A stretch of DNA of 64,000 bases from Deltaproteobacteria bacterium (GTDB lineage: Bacteria; Desulfobacterota; Dissulfuribacteria; Dissulfuribacterales; QOAL01): assembly GCA_026995935.1 (NCBI GenBank), contig JALWNK010000017.1, forward strand, positions 865 to 64,864, written 5' to 3'. The translations under genes were made by a program, and so were the position numbers. The notes beneath the pieces are model-generated. The model worked only from the letters and a program-made list of their open reading frames with translations, was not told the DNA's origin and did no database searches. Shown here in pieces: positions 7,842-16,548 of the stretch. Position 1 is the first letter of the stretch. Each line of letters opens with the position of its first letter.

Positions 7842-9944
7842 TTAGTTCCTGGCCGCCTGTATTGCCGTGATCGCAACGGTATTTGCCACGTCCTCAACAA
7901 GGCATCCCCTGCTAAGATCGTTCACAGGCTTTTTCAGCCCCTGAATGACGGGCCCTATGGCTATGGCATTTGATGAACGCTGAACCGCCTTGTAGGTGTT
8001 GTTTCCAGTATTCAGATCAGGAAATATCAGTACGGTTGCACGCCCGGCAACCTTTGACCCTGGGGCCTTTTTCCTGGCAACCTCCATGTCAACTGCGGCA
8101 TCGTACTGAAGGGGCCCATCTATGAGGAGATCAGGACGAAGCTGCCTTGCAATCCTGACTGCCTCCTTGACCTTTTCCACGTCCTTGCCCTTTCCCGATT
8201 CACCTGTTGAGTATGAAAGCATTGCCACCCTGGGCTCTATGCCAAAGGCAGCAGCAGTGTCTGCAGAGCTTATGGCAATTGCGGCGAGTTCCCGGGCATT
8301 GGGATCAGGGTTCACGGCACAGTCCCCAAAGACCATGACCTTGGTGGGCAGACACATGAAAAATACGCTGGAGGCAATGAGCACGCCAGGCTTTGTCTTT
8401 ATTATCTGGAAGGCCGGTCTAAGAACGTCCTGGGTGGCATGGGCCGCCCCTGAAACCATCCCGTCAACAACATCGTTATAGACGAGCATGGTGCCAAAGT
8501 AGTTAACATCAAGCATGGCATCCCGGGCAGCATCCATGGTAACACCCTTGTGCCTCCGCATTTCATAGAACTGTTCAATGAATTTGGGAAGAAGAGGGGA
8601 GGTTGTGTGGTCAATTATATCAACGTCTGGAAGCTCGACCCCCAGGATGGATGCCCTCTCAAGGACCTCATCCTTCTTGCCAAGCATGGTTATGTCAACC
8701 ACGTCCCTGGTGCGCAGTATCTCGGCGGCCTTCAGAATCCTGTCATCGTAGCTTTCAGGAAGAAGGATGCGCTTTTTTTGCTGCTTTGCCCATTCAAAGA
8801 GCCTGAACTCAAACATGAGAGGTGTAACAATCTCAGATGGACTGAGTTTAAGCCTCTTTTTTATCTCGTCTATGTCCACCCTGGATTCAAAGACCCCAAG
8901 GGCAAGCTCCACCTTTTTGGGGATATCCGGCCTTATTAAGGGGGTGACATTGCTTGCATTAATTGCAGCAGTAAAGGTGTCTGTTTCTACACCTATTATG
9001 GGAATGGCCCTGTTCCTCATCCCTTCAATAAGCCTGGTGACACGTCTTCCCGGAATGAGCCCTCCGGTAAGCAGAATGCCCGCTATGTTTGGAAAGGCCT
9101 TTGAAAAGATGGTTGAAAGGGTGCCAACCACTATGTCTTCCCTGTCCCCCGGAGTAATGATGAGGTCTCCGTTTTCTATGTAGGAAAGGTAATTGTCCAG
9201 GGTCATGGCAGCGACCTTGAACTGTGTGGCTATGCGGTTGAGGCTCTCCCTTTCACCGTAGATGAAGCGGCAGCCCAGCCCTTCCATAATTTCCCCCACT
9301 GTAGGGGAAGAAAGCTCCTTAACATCGGGAATTACATAGACAGGCGCAGACTCCTCCGGCTGGTTCTTAAACACCTCCTGGAGCTTTTTGAGGCAGTCTG
9401 GCCCAACACGGTTCACCACAGTTGCAAGGTGAAAGCAGCCCTCCTCCTGAACCGTCTCTTCTGTAAGCCTTACCTCTTCCACTATCTCCTTGAATTTTTG
9501 GCCCCTTCCTGAAATGACGCCCATCAGGCCTGCACCTAGGTTTTTGGCGATGTTTATATTGGCGTCCACATCAAAGCCCGAGCTTATACCCGAGGATTCA
9601 AAACCCTCTATTATCATGAAGTCGTAGTTGCCCTTTATCCTGTTGTACTTTTCAAGAATGGCCTGAACCATTTCCTTGAATCTGCCCTCTGCCCCAAGGG
9701 CCTGGACCTCATCCACCTTGAAGACGTGGGCATCCTGGTATGAAATATCCAGGTTGTACCTTGTAAGGATCAGATTGAGATCGTTATCAGGCTCCTGTTC
9801 AGACCTTATCACGGGCCTGAAAAAGCCCACCCGGCTTAACTCTCTGGAGATGAGCTCCATCATGCCAAGAGTCACCATGAGCTTCCCGGCCCGGGGCTCA
9901 AGGGAGGTTATGTAAATGGCCTTCTGATCCTGTTTTCCGCCCAT
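7842..9944 (-). CDS. pta: Phosphate acetyltransferase, long form (N-terminal P-loop-like/DRTGG region + PTA_PTB domain)
   Basis: About 700 aa. N-terminus IYITSLEPRAGKLMVTLGMMELISR and C-terminal PTA domain (ILLPESYDDRILKAAE...SGAAHATQDVLRPAFQIIKT...ANLLIFPDLNTGNNTYK-like). I chose the ATG at 9944 (AAGGTGAAATC upstream); the track ORF extends to 9989. Confidence 0.93.
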   Translation of the reverse strand: MGGKQDQKAIYITSLEPRAGKLMVTLGMMELISRELSRVGFFRPVIRSEQEPDNDLNLILTRYNLDISYQDAHVFKVDEVQALGAEGRFKEMVQAILEKYNRIKGNYDFMIIEGFESSGISSGFDVDANINIAKNLGAGLMGVISGRGQKFKEIVEEVRLTEETVQEEGCFHLATVVNRVGPDCLKKLQEVFKNQPEESAPVYVIPDVKELSSPTVGEIMEGLGCRFIYGERESLNRIATQFKVAAMTLDNYLSYIENGDLIITPGDREDIVVGTLSTIFSKAFPNIAGILLTGGLIPGRRVTRLIEGMRNRAIPIIGVETDTFTAAINASNVTPLIRPDIPKKVELALGVFESRVDIDEIKKRLKLSPSEIVTPLMFEFRLFEWAKQQKKRILLPESYDDRILKAAEILRTRDVVDITMLGKKDEVLERASILGVELPDVDIIDHTTSPLLPKFIEQFYEMRRHKGVTMDAARDAMLDVNYFGTMLVYNDVVDGMVSGAAHATQDVLRPAFQIIKTKPGVLIASSVFFMCLPTKVMVFGDCAVNPDPNARELAAIAISSADTAAAFGIEPRVAMLSYSTGESGKGKDVEKVKEAVRIARQLRPDLLIDGPLQYDAAVDMEVARKKAPGSKVAGRATVLIFPDLNTGNNTYKAVQRSSNAIAIGPVIQGLKKPVNDLSRGCLVEDVANTVAITAIQAARN

Positions 9945-10065
9945 GATTTCACCTTTTTTATGGAAATTTTTGAGAGACGACCTGCCCATGATTATTTAAT
10001 ATACAGATTACTGCCTGCCGTGTTAATGGTGGTGAGCCTTTTATGATTTGTCAAAGGGGAGCAGC

Positions 10066-11574
10066 GTGTTCAAAAAATTCTTTCTAAATATCAAGGAGCG
10101 TCTTTACATCTTTAATTACCTTGGCTCTCTCCTTGTTATTACCGGGCTTTTCATGCTCCTTCCCCTGATTCCCATATTCATTTATGAGGAGGAGCAGAGC
10201 CTTTTTACCTTTATTCTACCTGCTGCCTTCAGCCTTGTCGTGGGAGGGGCCCTTCAGTTTCTCTTCCCCTTAAAAAACCCTTCGGTACGCGGGGCCATGG
10301 TGATTACAGCTCTCGGCTGGTTGATTGTTGGCATAATAGGCGGATTCCCATACATGATCGGGCTTCACAAGGGCTTTGTAGATTCCTTTTTTGAATCGGT
10401 GAGCGGATTTACCACAACTGGGATCACCGTCTTTGAACACCTTGACTCCATGCCAAGGTGTATCCTTTTCTGGCGCGCATTTACCCAGTGGCTTGGTGGC
10501 ATTGGGATACTCTCATTTTTCATGGCCGTAAGCTTCAGGGGAGGAAGCATTGCTGCGGCCCTTTTTAGCGCAGAAGGCCACAAGGTCACGGTTGCACGTC
10601 CAGCCCCTGGCATATTTCACACCCTGGTAATCCTTTGGAGCATATACGGGCTCTTTTCCATCCTCTCCTTTTTCCTGTTTCTCCTTGGTGGCATGACTAC
10701 CTTTGACGCCATAACGCATTCGTTTACGTGCATTTCAACCGGGGGGTTTTCTACCCACGATGCCAGCTTTGCCTTTTGGCAGAAAAACCACATTGGCCAC
10801 CCCTGGTTCATAGAATTTTCAGCAGTGGCAATAATGCTTGCAGGAGGCGCAAACTTTCTTATCCACTACAAGGTCCTTCAGGGAAAGATAAAGGCCATAT
10901 TCCAAGACTTTGAGATGAAATGGTACTGGGCATTTACCCTCACTGCCCTTTTCCTCATTATGCTGGATCACCTTGTGGCCTTTGCTAGGGTGGAACCCAT
11001 TGACATTCCGGACCTTTTCAGGATATTCAGGGTCTCCATTTTCCAGGTAAGCTCGCTCATAACCAGTACCGGCTACCTTACTGTTGACATAAATTCTCCG
11101 TTTTTCCCAGTACTCAGCAAACAGATACTCCTTACCCTCATGATAATTGGCGGATGTATTGGCTCAACTGCCGGTGGTATCAAGGCCATGAGGGCCGGAA
11201 TCCTTTTCAGGCTCTTCTGGCTTGAACTAAAGAGGCTGGTGATGCCCAGAAGGGCCGTTCTGCCCCTTGTAATATCCGGCAGGATTCTTGACCCTGATGA
11301 GATACACAGGGTTGCAGCCGTTGTCTGGGGCTGGCTCGTAATTGTCATGGTCGGGGCATTCATAACAGCCTTTTTCTCAAACCTTGGCCCGTGGCAGGCC
11401 CTTTCAGGCATGACCTCAGCCATGGGAAACATGGGGCCCTTTTACTTTTCCGTGCACAAGATGGCGAGCCTAAGCTGGGTAATTAAACTCACATACATAT
11501 TTGGAATGCTAGCTGGCAGGCTGGAGATACTTCCCCTTGCAGTGCTTGCCGCTATAGCCTTCAGGAGGTTGTAA
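10066..11574 (+). CDS. trkH: Trk/Ktr-type potassium uptake membrane subunit (TrkH family)
   Basis: Polytopic protein with repeated pore-loop motifs (SGFTTTGIT, CISTGGFSTHD, ITSTGY, TAGGIK). GTG at 10066 follows AAGGGGAG. A TTG at 10048 is the alternative start. Confidence 0.9.
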   Translation: MFKKFFLNIKERLYIFNYLGSLLVITGLFMLLPLIPIFIYEEEQSLFTFILPAAFSLVVGGALQFLFPLKNPSVRGAMVITALGWLIVGIIGGFPYMIGLHKGFVDSFFESVSGFTTTGITVFEHLDSMPRCILFWRAFTQWLGGIGILSFFMAVSFRGGSIAAALFSAEGHKVTVARPAPGIFHTLVILWSIYGLFSILSFFLFLLGGMTTFDAITHSFTCISTGGFSTHDASFAFWQKNHIGHPWFIEFSAVAIMLAGGANFLIHYKVLQGKIKAIFQDFEMKWYWAFTLTALFLIMLDHLVAFARVEPIDIPDLFRIFRVSIFQVSSLITSTGYLTVDINSPFFPVLSKQILLTLMIIGGCIGSTAGGIKAMRAGILFRLFWLELKRLVMPRRAVLPLVISGRILDPDEIHRVAAVVWGWLVIVMVGAFITAFFSNLGPWQALSGMTSAMGNMGPFYFSVHKMASLSWVIKLTYIFGMLAGRLEILPLAVLAAIAFRRL

Positions 11575-12272
11575 TGTACATCGTAATTGCCGGAGGCGGC
11601 ATTGCCGGCTCATCCATAGCCAACAAGCTCATTGACAGAAAACACGACGTGGTGGTCATAGACAAGGACAAGGATGTATGCAAGGAGTTTTATGCAAACT
11701 ACGGCATCGTGACTGTAAACGGGGATGCCAGAAAGATCGAGGTGCTCAAGGAGGCAGGCATACAGAGGGCAGATGCGGCCCTTGGAACCCTTTATCTCGA
11801 TGCAGACAATCTCACCTTTGCCCTTCTAGCCCACAGCGCCAAGGTTCCAAGGATTCTTGTTAAGATGCGTGACCCGGCCTACCAGGAGGCATACATGGTT
11901 GCAGGGGTAAACAGCATATGCGACATGAGCTCCATGTTCACCAACAAGGTGCTTATAGAGCTTGAAAGCCCACAAATAAAGGTGGTAACTACCATTGAAC
12001 GCGGAAAGGCGCTACTTGTGATGTTTGAGCTTCCCCCAACACTCCCCTCTGAGGGCATCAGGGTGCAGGACATCGTTAAGGACCCAGCATTTGCCTCTGA
12101 CTGCGTCTTTGCCGGGGTTGTTGATGAAAGGAAAGAAAAGATTGTACTTCCCAGGGGAAGCGACAAACTTTACCCCGGTAACAAGGTCTTTATGGTGGTA
12201 AACAAGAAGGGCCTTTCAGCCATTGGCGAATATCTAAAAAGGGTGCAGGAGAGAAAGAAGCACGGGCTGTAA
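11574..12272 (+). CDS. trkA: Trk system NAD-binding regulatory subunit (TrkA-N + TrkA-C)
   Basis: 232 aa. Rossmann start MYIVIAGGGIAGSSIANKL...DVVVIDKD and a C-terminal RCK_C-like region. The start overlaps the trkH stop (TAATG). Confidence 0.9.
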   Translation: MYIVIAGGGIAGSSIANKLIDRKHDVVVIDKDKDVCKEFYANYGIVTVNGDARKIEVLKEAGIQRADAALGTLYLDADNLTFALLAHSAKVPRILVKMRDPAYQEAYMVAGVNSICDMSSMFTNKVLIELESPQIKVVTTIERGKALLVMFELPPTLPSEGIRVQDIVKDPAFASDCVFAGVVDERKEKIVLPRGSDKLYPGNKVFMVVNKKGLSAIGEYLKRVQERKKHGL

Positions 12273-12375
12273 TCTGGAAGCCAGATGCATTTTATGATAA
12301 CTTAAGAGAACAAAATCAAAGTGGTTTCGGTTTTCTTTGGATTGTGTCAGAATCTTGTAATTCAGAGGTTTTTCC

Positions 12376-12753
12376 ATGTATTCCTTTCATCTCATTGCCG
12401 AAAAACGTATTAAGGAGGCCATGCAACAGGGCCAGTTCGACAATCTTCCTGGAAAGGGCAAGCCTTTGGTCTTTGAGGACGACTCCATGATCCCTGAGGA
12501 TCTTAGAATGGCCTACAAAATCCTGAAAAATGCTGGTTTTATTCCGCCTGAACTGCAGACAGAGAAAGAAATACGGCAGGCAGTGGATCTTCTTGAAAAC
12601 CTTGAGGATGAAAAACAGCGCTACCGTCAGGTCACCAAGTTAAACGTCCTAATAACCAAGATGAACATGATGCGCAAAAGGCCCATAAACCTGGAGGCGA
12701 ACCAAGTCTATTACAGAAAAATCGTGGAAAGGGTCAAGGTAAGGGAAAAATAG
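12376..12753 (+). CDS. DUF1992 / DnaJC28-like protein
   Basis: 125 aa. IAEKRIKEAMQQGQFDNLPGKGKPL...IPEDLRMAYKILKNAGFIPPE is the DUF1992 signature. Confidence 0.8.
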   Translation: MYSFHLIAEKRIKEAMQQGQFDNLPGKGKPLVFEDDSMIPEDLRMAYKILKNAGFIPPELQTEKEIRQAVDLLENLEDEKQRYRQVTKLNVLITKMNMMRKRPINLEANQVYYRKIVERVKVREK

Positions 12754-12833
12754 AGCTGACTTTTATAAGAAATATTTTTAGAGGCCAGGAGGTAGCCCGA
12801 TTGGGGAATGAATAATTTTACATAAGTAACATA

Positions 12834-13058
12834 CTAGGTGCGATTGAAATTCCTCCTGAATAGCCCCCCCACGCCCACAAGCATTGCACCAAAAAGCACT
12901 ATGGCTGTAGGTTCTGATTTGTTAAATCCTTCTGAAAGGTAATTTGTTGCAACCCCTTGGACATGCTTTACTCCCTCCAAAGCAAATCCAGAAGTTGTTA
13001 CTGCAAGGAATAAAAGAAGAAAAAGCGCAAATACTAAATAAATTTTAAGATCAGTCAT
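12834..13058 (-). CDS. 74-aa secreted mini-protein with a PEP-CTERM-like sorting signal
   Basis: ATG 13058 is preceded by AGGAGG with a 5-nt spacer. Signal peptide MTDLKIYLVFALFLLLFLAVTTSGFA. C-terminus SEPTAIVLFGAMLVGVGGLFRRNFNRT = (P)EP + TM helix + RR, the PEP-CTERM architecture. The longer 138-aa track ORF runs through the promoter/palindrome region. Confidence 0.65.
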   Translation of the reverse strand: MTDLKIYLVFALFLLLFLAVTTSGFALEGVKHVQGVATNYLSEGFNKSEPTAIVLFGAMLVGVGGLFRRNFNRT

Positions 13059-13084
13059 GGCAACCTCCTGTTGATCTTTTAAAT

Positions 13085-13100
13085 TGCTTATTTCATGCCA
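13085..13100 (-). promoter_or_regulatory. Candidate sigma-54 (-24/-12) promoter of the PEP-CTERM mini-gene
   Basis: The minus strand reads TGGCAT-GAAAT-AAGCA (GG and GC correctly spaced). The predicted start site is about 16 nt upstream of ATG 13058. Confidence 0.5.
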
Positions 13101-13170
13101 TGACTTTTCTTTTATTTGCCGCTTTATTACCCTGTTTTTAACGGGATTTTTCAAGATCAAGACCCAGAAA

Positions 13171-13269
13171 TGGAAAAAATTTTCTGTTAGTTGAATAAAT
13201 TTTCCCTTGAAGTGGAAAAATTTTTCCTCAATTCCTGGCCCCGAAGTCACGAATGGAAAAATTTTTTCC
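13171..13269. promoter_or_regulatory. Three phased AT-core palindromes (putative enhancer/UAS sites)
   Basis: TGGAAAAAATTTTCT (13171-13185), TGGAAAAATTTTTCC (13213-13227, containing the perfect 14-bp palindrome GGAAAAATTTTTCC) and TGGAAAAATTTTTTCC (13254-13269). Spacing is 42 and 41 bp, about 4 helical turns. They lie roughly 85-185 bp upstream of the sigma-54-like promoter. Confidence 0.55.
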
Positions 13270-13340
13270 TTTTAAACGCAAAAAGGGGGCACAGATTTTC
13301 TCAAGACAAAAAACCTGCCACTCACAAGTATAGGCGGTTT

Positions 13341-14807
13341 TTAATCTTCAGCCCCACCTTGAACCATCTCGTAATAGTCGTGTCCCTGGCAATCGTTTAT
13401 AACAATGGCAGGAAAGTCCTCTACGTAAAATTCATAAAGGGCCTCTGGACCAAGATCCTCAAAGGCCACCACCCTGGCCTCCTTTATGGCCTGTGAAAGA
13501 TACGCCCCGGCACCACCTATGGTGGCAAGATATACAGCCCCATGTTCAGAAATGCTTTTTCGGACTTCAAGGCTCCTCTTACCCTTTCCCATAAGCCCCA
13601 GAACCCCCTGCTCCAAAATAGTAGGGGTGTAGGCATCCATTCGGTAGCTGGTGGTCGGCCCTGCTGCCCCCACCACGTGCCCTGGAGGGGCAGGAGAAGG
13701 CCCAACGTAGTAAATGAGCTGCCCTTTGAGATCAACAGGAAGGCTTGCCCCGCTTTTTATTAGCTCACAAAGCCTCCTGTGGGTCTGATCCCTGCCAGTA
13801 AGAAGCCTTCCACTGAGTCTGACCCACTGGCCAGCCTTGAGAGAACGCACCTCTTCCTTTTTAAGGGGAAGAGTCAAAGGAACGGCCCTTTCAATAAGGT
13901 ATGAAGCGCCTGAAATATTATCTTCAAAGTGAGTGCCAGAGTGTCCTTGAATCGTCCACCTGCCCTTTTCAAAAAGGGCCGTTGCCTTTCTTGCAGCGTG
14001 GCACTGGATGTTCACAGCAACAGGAAGGCTTGCTATGTGGCACGGATACTTCTCAAGGGCGACCCACAATGTGGTGGTTCTGCCTCCAAGTCCCTGTGGA
14101 CCTATGCCAAGGCCGTTTATCCTTTCAAGGAGGCTCTTCTCCAGCCTGGCAAGTTCACTGCTGCTGCTTTCTTTTCCGACAGGACGAAGCAGGGCCTTTT
14201 TTGAAAGAAAGGCGGCCATCTCCATGGTCCCGCCAATACCGACACCTATTATTCCAGGCGGACAGGGGTTTGGACCTGCCTTACGCACACATTCAACAAC
14301 AAAATCCATGACACCATCCATGCCTGCAGATGGGGGGAGCATCCTGAGCCTGCTCATGTTTTCGCTTCCGCATCCCTTGGGAAGAATGGTGATCCTGAGG
14401 TTTGATCCTTTTGTCAGGGTAACGTGGACTACTGCAGGTGTGTTGTCTCCGCTGTTTTTCCTGGTCACAGGGTCACACACCGAGGCCCGCAGGTACCCTT
14501 CCTTGGTTCCACGTGCAACACCCTGGTTTATTGCCTCATAAAGGTCACCCTGAACAACCAGCTCCTGACCAAGCTCCACAAAGACGACATCGATTCCCGT
14601 ATCCTGACAGATGGGAATCCCTTGCCTTAAGGATATGGCTGCATTTTTGATGAGTATTCCAAGTATTGTGGAAGCAGTTTCTGAGCTGTCTTTCTCTTTT
14701 GCCGCCTTTATTGCTGAAAAAACATCCTGAGGCAGTACCATATTGGCCCTTCTGACTAGGTCACTGACCCTGTCTGCAATCTCAGAGGCTGAAACAGAGT
14801 AAACCAC
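13341..14807 (-). CDS. Class I (Fe-S, TtdA/TtdB-type) fumarate hydratase, alpha and beta domains fused
   Basis: 488 aa. N-terminal hydro-lyase alpha pattern (ICQDTGIDVVFVELG, VCDP, GCGSENMS, GIIGVGIGGT) followed by beta-domain motifs (LSGRLLTGRDQTHRRL, IYYVGPSPAPPG, GPTTSYRMD, GKGKRS). GTG start. Confidence 0.88.
   Translation of the reverse strand: MVYSVSASEIADRVSDLVRRANMVLPQDVFSAIKAAKEKDSSETASTILGILIKNAAISLRQGIPICQDTGIDVVFVELGQELVVQGDLYEAINQGVARGTKEGYLRASVCDPVTRKNSGDNTPAVVHVTLTKGSNLRITILPKGCGSENMSRLRMLPPSAGMDGVMDFVVECVRKAGPNPCPPGIIGVGIGGTMEMAAFLSKKALLRPVGKESSSSELARLEKSLLERINGLGIGPQGLGGRTTTLWVALEKYPCHIASLPVAVNIQCHAARKATALFEKGRWTIQGHSGTHFEDNISGASYLIERAVPLTLPLKKEEVRSLKAGQWVRLSGRLLTGRDQTHRRLCELIKSGASLPVDLKGQLIYYVGPSPAPPGHVVGAAGPTTSYRMDAYTPTILEQGVLGLMGKGKRSLEVRKSISEHGAVYLATIGGAGAYLSQAIKEARVVAFEDLGPEALYEFYVEDFPAIVINDCQGHDYYEMVQGGAED
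14505..14520. other. parS-like centromere site
   Basis: GGTTCCACGTGCAACA matches TGTTNCACGTGAAACA at 14 of 16 positions. It lies inside the fumarase gene, about 300 bp downstream of parB. Confidence 0.4.
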
Positions 14808-14813
14808 TTCCGG

Positions 14814-15683
14814 CTAGCCCTCCATGGCCTCAAGCCTTTTTAAAAGGTCTATCAGGCGCTCAAGCTGTTCCCTGGAACGGCAGCGTATCTCCACCTTTCC
14901 GCCTCTTCTTCCAGGCACCACCTTGACACGTGCCCCAACTATCTGGCTGAGGTGCCTTGAAAGAAGCTCCACATCCGGATCCAGCTCCTTTTTTTTGGGA
15001 GAAGGGCCGGAAGCAGCATCCCTGAGCCTTCGTGCAAGGGCCTCTGCCTGCCTTACAGAAAGGCCACCCTTGACTATCTGGTCCCTAAGCCGCTTTTGGG
15101 CTTCCTCATCCTCCAGCATCAAGATGGCCTTGGCATGGCCTGTGGTAAGTCTTCCCTCAAGAATGTCCTCCTGAATGGCCTTTGGAAGGTTCAAAAGCCT
15201 TATCATGTTGGCGACTGTAGAACGGTCCTTACCCACCCTCTTGGCAACCTTGGCCTGGCTGTACCCAAGCTCCTCAACCATCCTCTTGTAGGCCATGGCC
15301 TCTTCAATGGGGTTGAGGTCCTCCCTCTGGATGTTCTCGATAAGGGCCACCTCCAGGGCCTCATCAGGCGTGTAGTCCTTGATTATGACGGGCACCTTCT
15401 TTACTCCGGCGAGCTGGGCTGCGCGCCAGCGCCTTTCGCCTGCGATTATCTGGTAGCTCCCCTCCTCTTCACTCACCACCAGGGGCTGAATCAGTCCCTT
15501 TTCCCTGATGGAGTCTGCAAGCCCCTTTAGCAGCTTTTCATCAATGCTGACCCTGGGTTGCAGTGGATTTGGCCTTATCTTCTCAATGGGACAAAGGAAA
15601 AAGCCAGGGGCCTCTGCCTCCAGGATGTCCCCTGATGAAAGGAGGGTATCCAGCCCTCTTCCCAGTCCTCCTTTTTGAATCAT
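14814..15683 (-). CDS. parB: Chromosome partitioning protein ParB/Spo0J
   Basis: 289 aa. GLGRGLDTLL, NPLQPR, IQPLVV, IIAGERRWRAAQLAG and an HTH (GYSQAKVAKRVGKDRSTVANMIRLL) are canonical ParB boxes. Confidence 0.95.
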   Translation of the reverse strand: MIQKGGLGRGLDTLLSSGDILEAEAPGFFLCPIEKIRPNPLQPRVSIDEKLLKGLADSIREKGLIQPLVVSEEEGSYQIIAGERRWRAAQLAGVKKVPVIIKDYTPDEALEVALIENIQREDLNPIEEAMAYKRMVEELGYSQAKVAKRVGKDRSTVANMIRLLNLPKAIQEDILEGRLTTGHAKAILMLEDEEAQKRLRDQIVKGGLSVRQAEALARRLRDAASGPSPKKKELDPDVELLSRHLSQIVGARVKVVPGRRGGKVEIRCRSREQLERLIDLLKRLEAMEG

Positions 15684-16471
15684 CTTTTCCTCCGATTCCT
15701 CTTTAAAAACTCCCTGGAAAAGGCAAGGTAGCTTTCAGCGCCCTTGGACGCAGGATCATACATGAATATGGGAGTGCCGTGGCTTGGGCTTTCGCTGAGC
15801 CTGATATTCCTGGGGATGGTTGTTCTGTATACAAGGTCGCGGAAATGGACGCGAACCTCCCTGGCAACCTGGTAACCAAGCCTCGTCCTGTGGTCATACA
15901 TGGTAAGGAGCAGCCCCTCTATGTGAAGCCTTGGATTTAGCCTGTGTTTCACAAGGCGTATGGTATGAACAAGCTGACTCAATCCCTCAAGGGCATAGTA
16001 TTCACACTGGAGGGGAATTATTACAGAATCGGCCGCTGTCAGCGCGTTGACTGTCATGAGACCCAGGGAAGGAGGACAGTCCATTATGACGTAATCGAAT
16101 CCGCCAAGGGTCTTAAGAAGGGCCTTTAACACGATCTCGCGCTCGTCCATGGGGGCAAGCTCAAGATCAATTCCCACAAGATCCGTATGGGCAGGGAGAA
16201 GATAGAGCCCCTGTTGATTGGTTTCCATGAGCGCATCTTCAAGGGCTGCCCTTCCCAGCATTACCTGGTAGATGTTGGCCCTGGCCTCATCTGGGGCTAT
16301 TCCAAGCCCGCTGGTGGCATTGGCCTGGGCATCACAGTCAACAAGAAGCACCCGCTGTTTGAGGATTGCAAGGCCAGCGGCCAAATTGACAGACGTGGTA
16401 GTCTTCCCAACCCCCCCCTTCTGATTGGCAACGGCAATGAACCTGGTATTTTTCTGCGCTTTTTCCGCCAT
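15680..16471 (-). CDS. parA: Chromosome partitioning ATPase ParA/Soj
   Basis: Deviant Walker A IAVANQKGGVGKTTT, plus DCDAQANAT and MDCPPSLG. The stop overlaps the parB start. ATG 16471 chosen; TTG 16480 is possible. Confidence 0.95.
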   Translation of the reverse strand: MAEKAQKNTRFIAVANQKGGVGKTTTSVNLAAGLAILKQRVLLVDCDAQANATSGLGIAPDEARANIYQVMLGRAALEDALMETNQQGLYLLPAHTDLVGIDLELAPMDEREIVLKALLKTLGGFDYVIMDCPPSLGLMTVNALTAADSVIIPLQCEYYALEGLSQLVHTIRLVKHRLNPRLHIEGLLLTMYDHRTRLGYQVAREVRVHFRDLVYRTTIPRNIRLSESPSHGTPIFMYDPASKGAESYLAFSREFLKRNRRKR

Positions 16472-16548
16472 TTCTGTCAAAATAACTTGTCAAAACCCAA
16501 CTGGAGAACAATATTATATAAAACACAAATACGTGAGGTGAATAGACT

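Noticed and set aside
13059-13250. Long (138-aa) version of ORF 12834-13250 and plus-strand ORF 13191-13496
   Set aside because: Both run through the palindrome/promoter region. The strong AGGAGG-ATG at 13058 and the signal peptide beginning there support the short form.
16484-16504. Direct repeat TGTCAAAA-N5-TGTCAAAA upstream of parA, considered as parS or an iteron
   Set aside because: Only two short copies, with no resemblance to parS. More simply explained as overlapping -35-like boxes of the divergent parA/hflX promoters.
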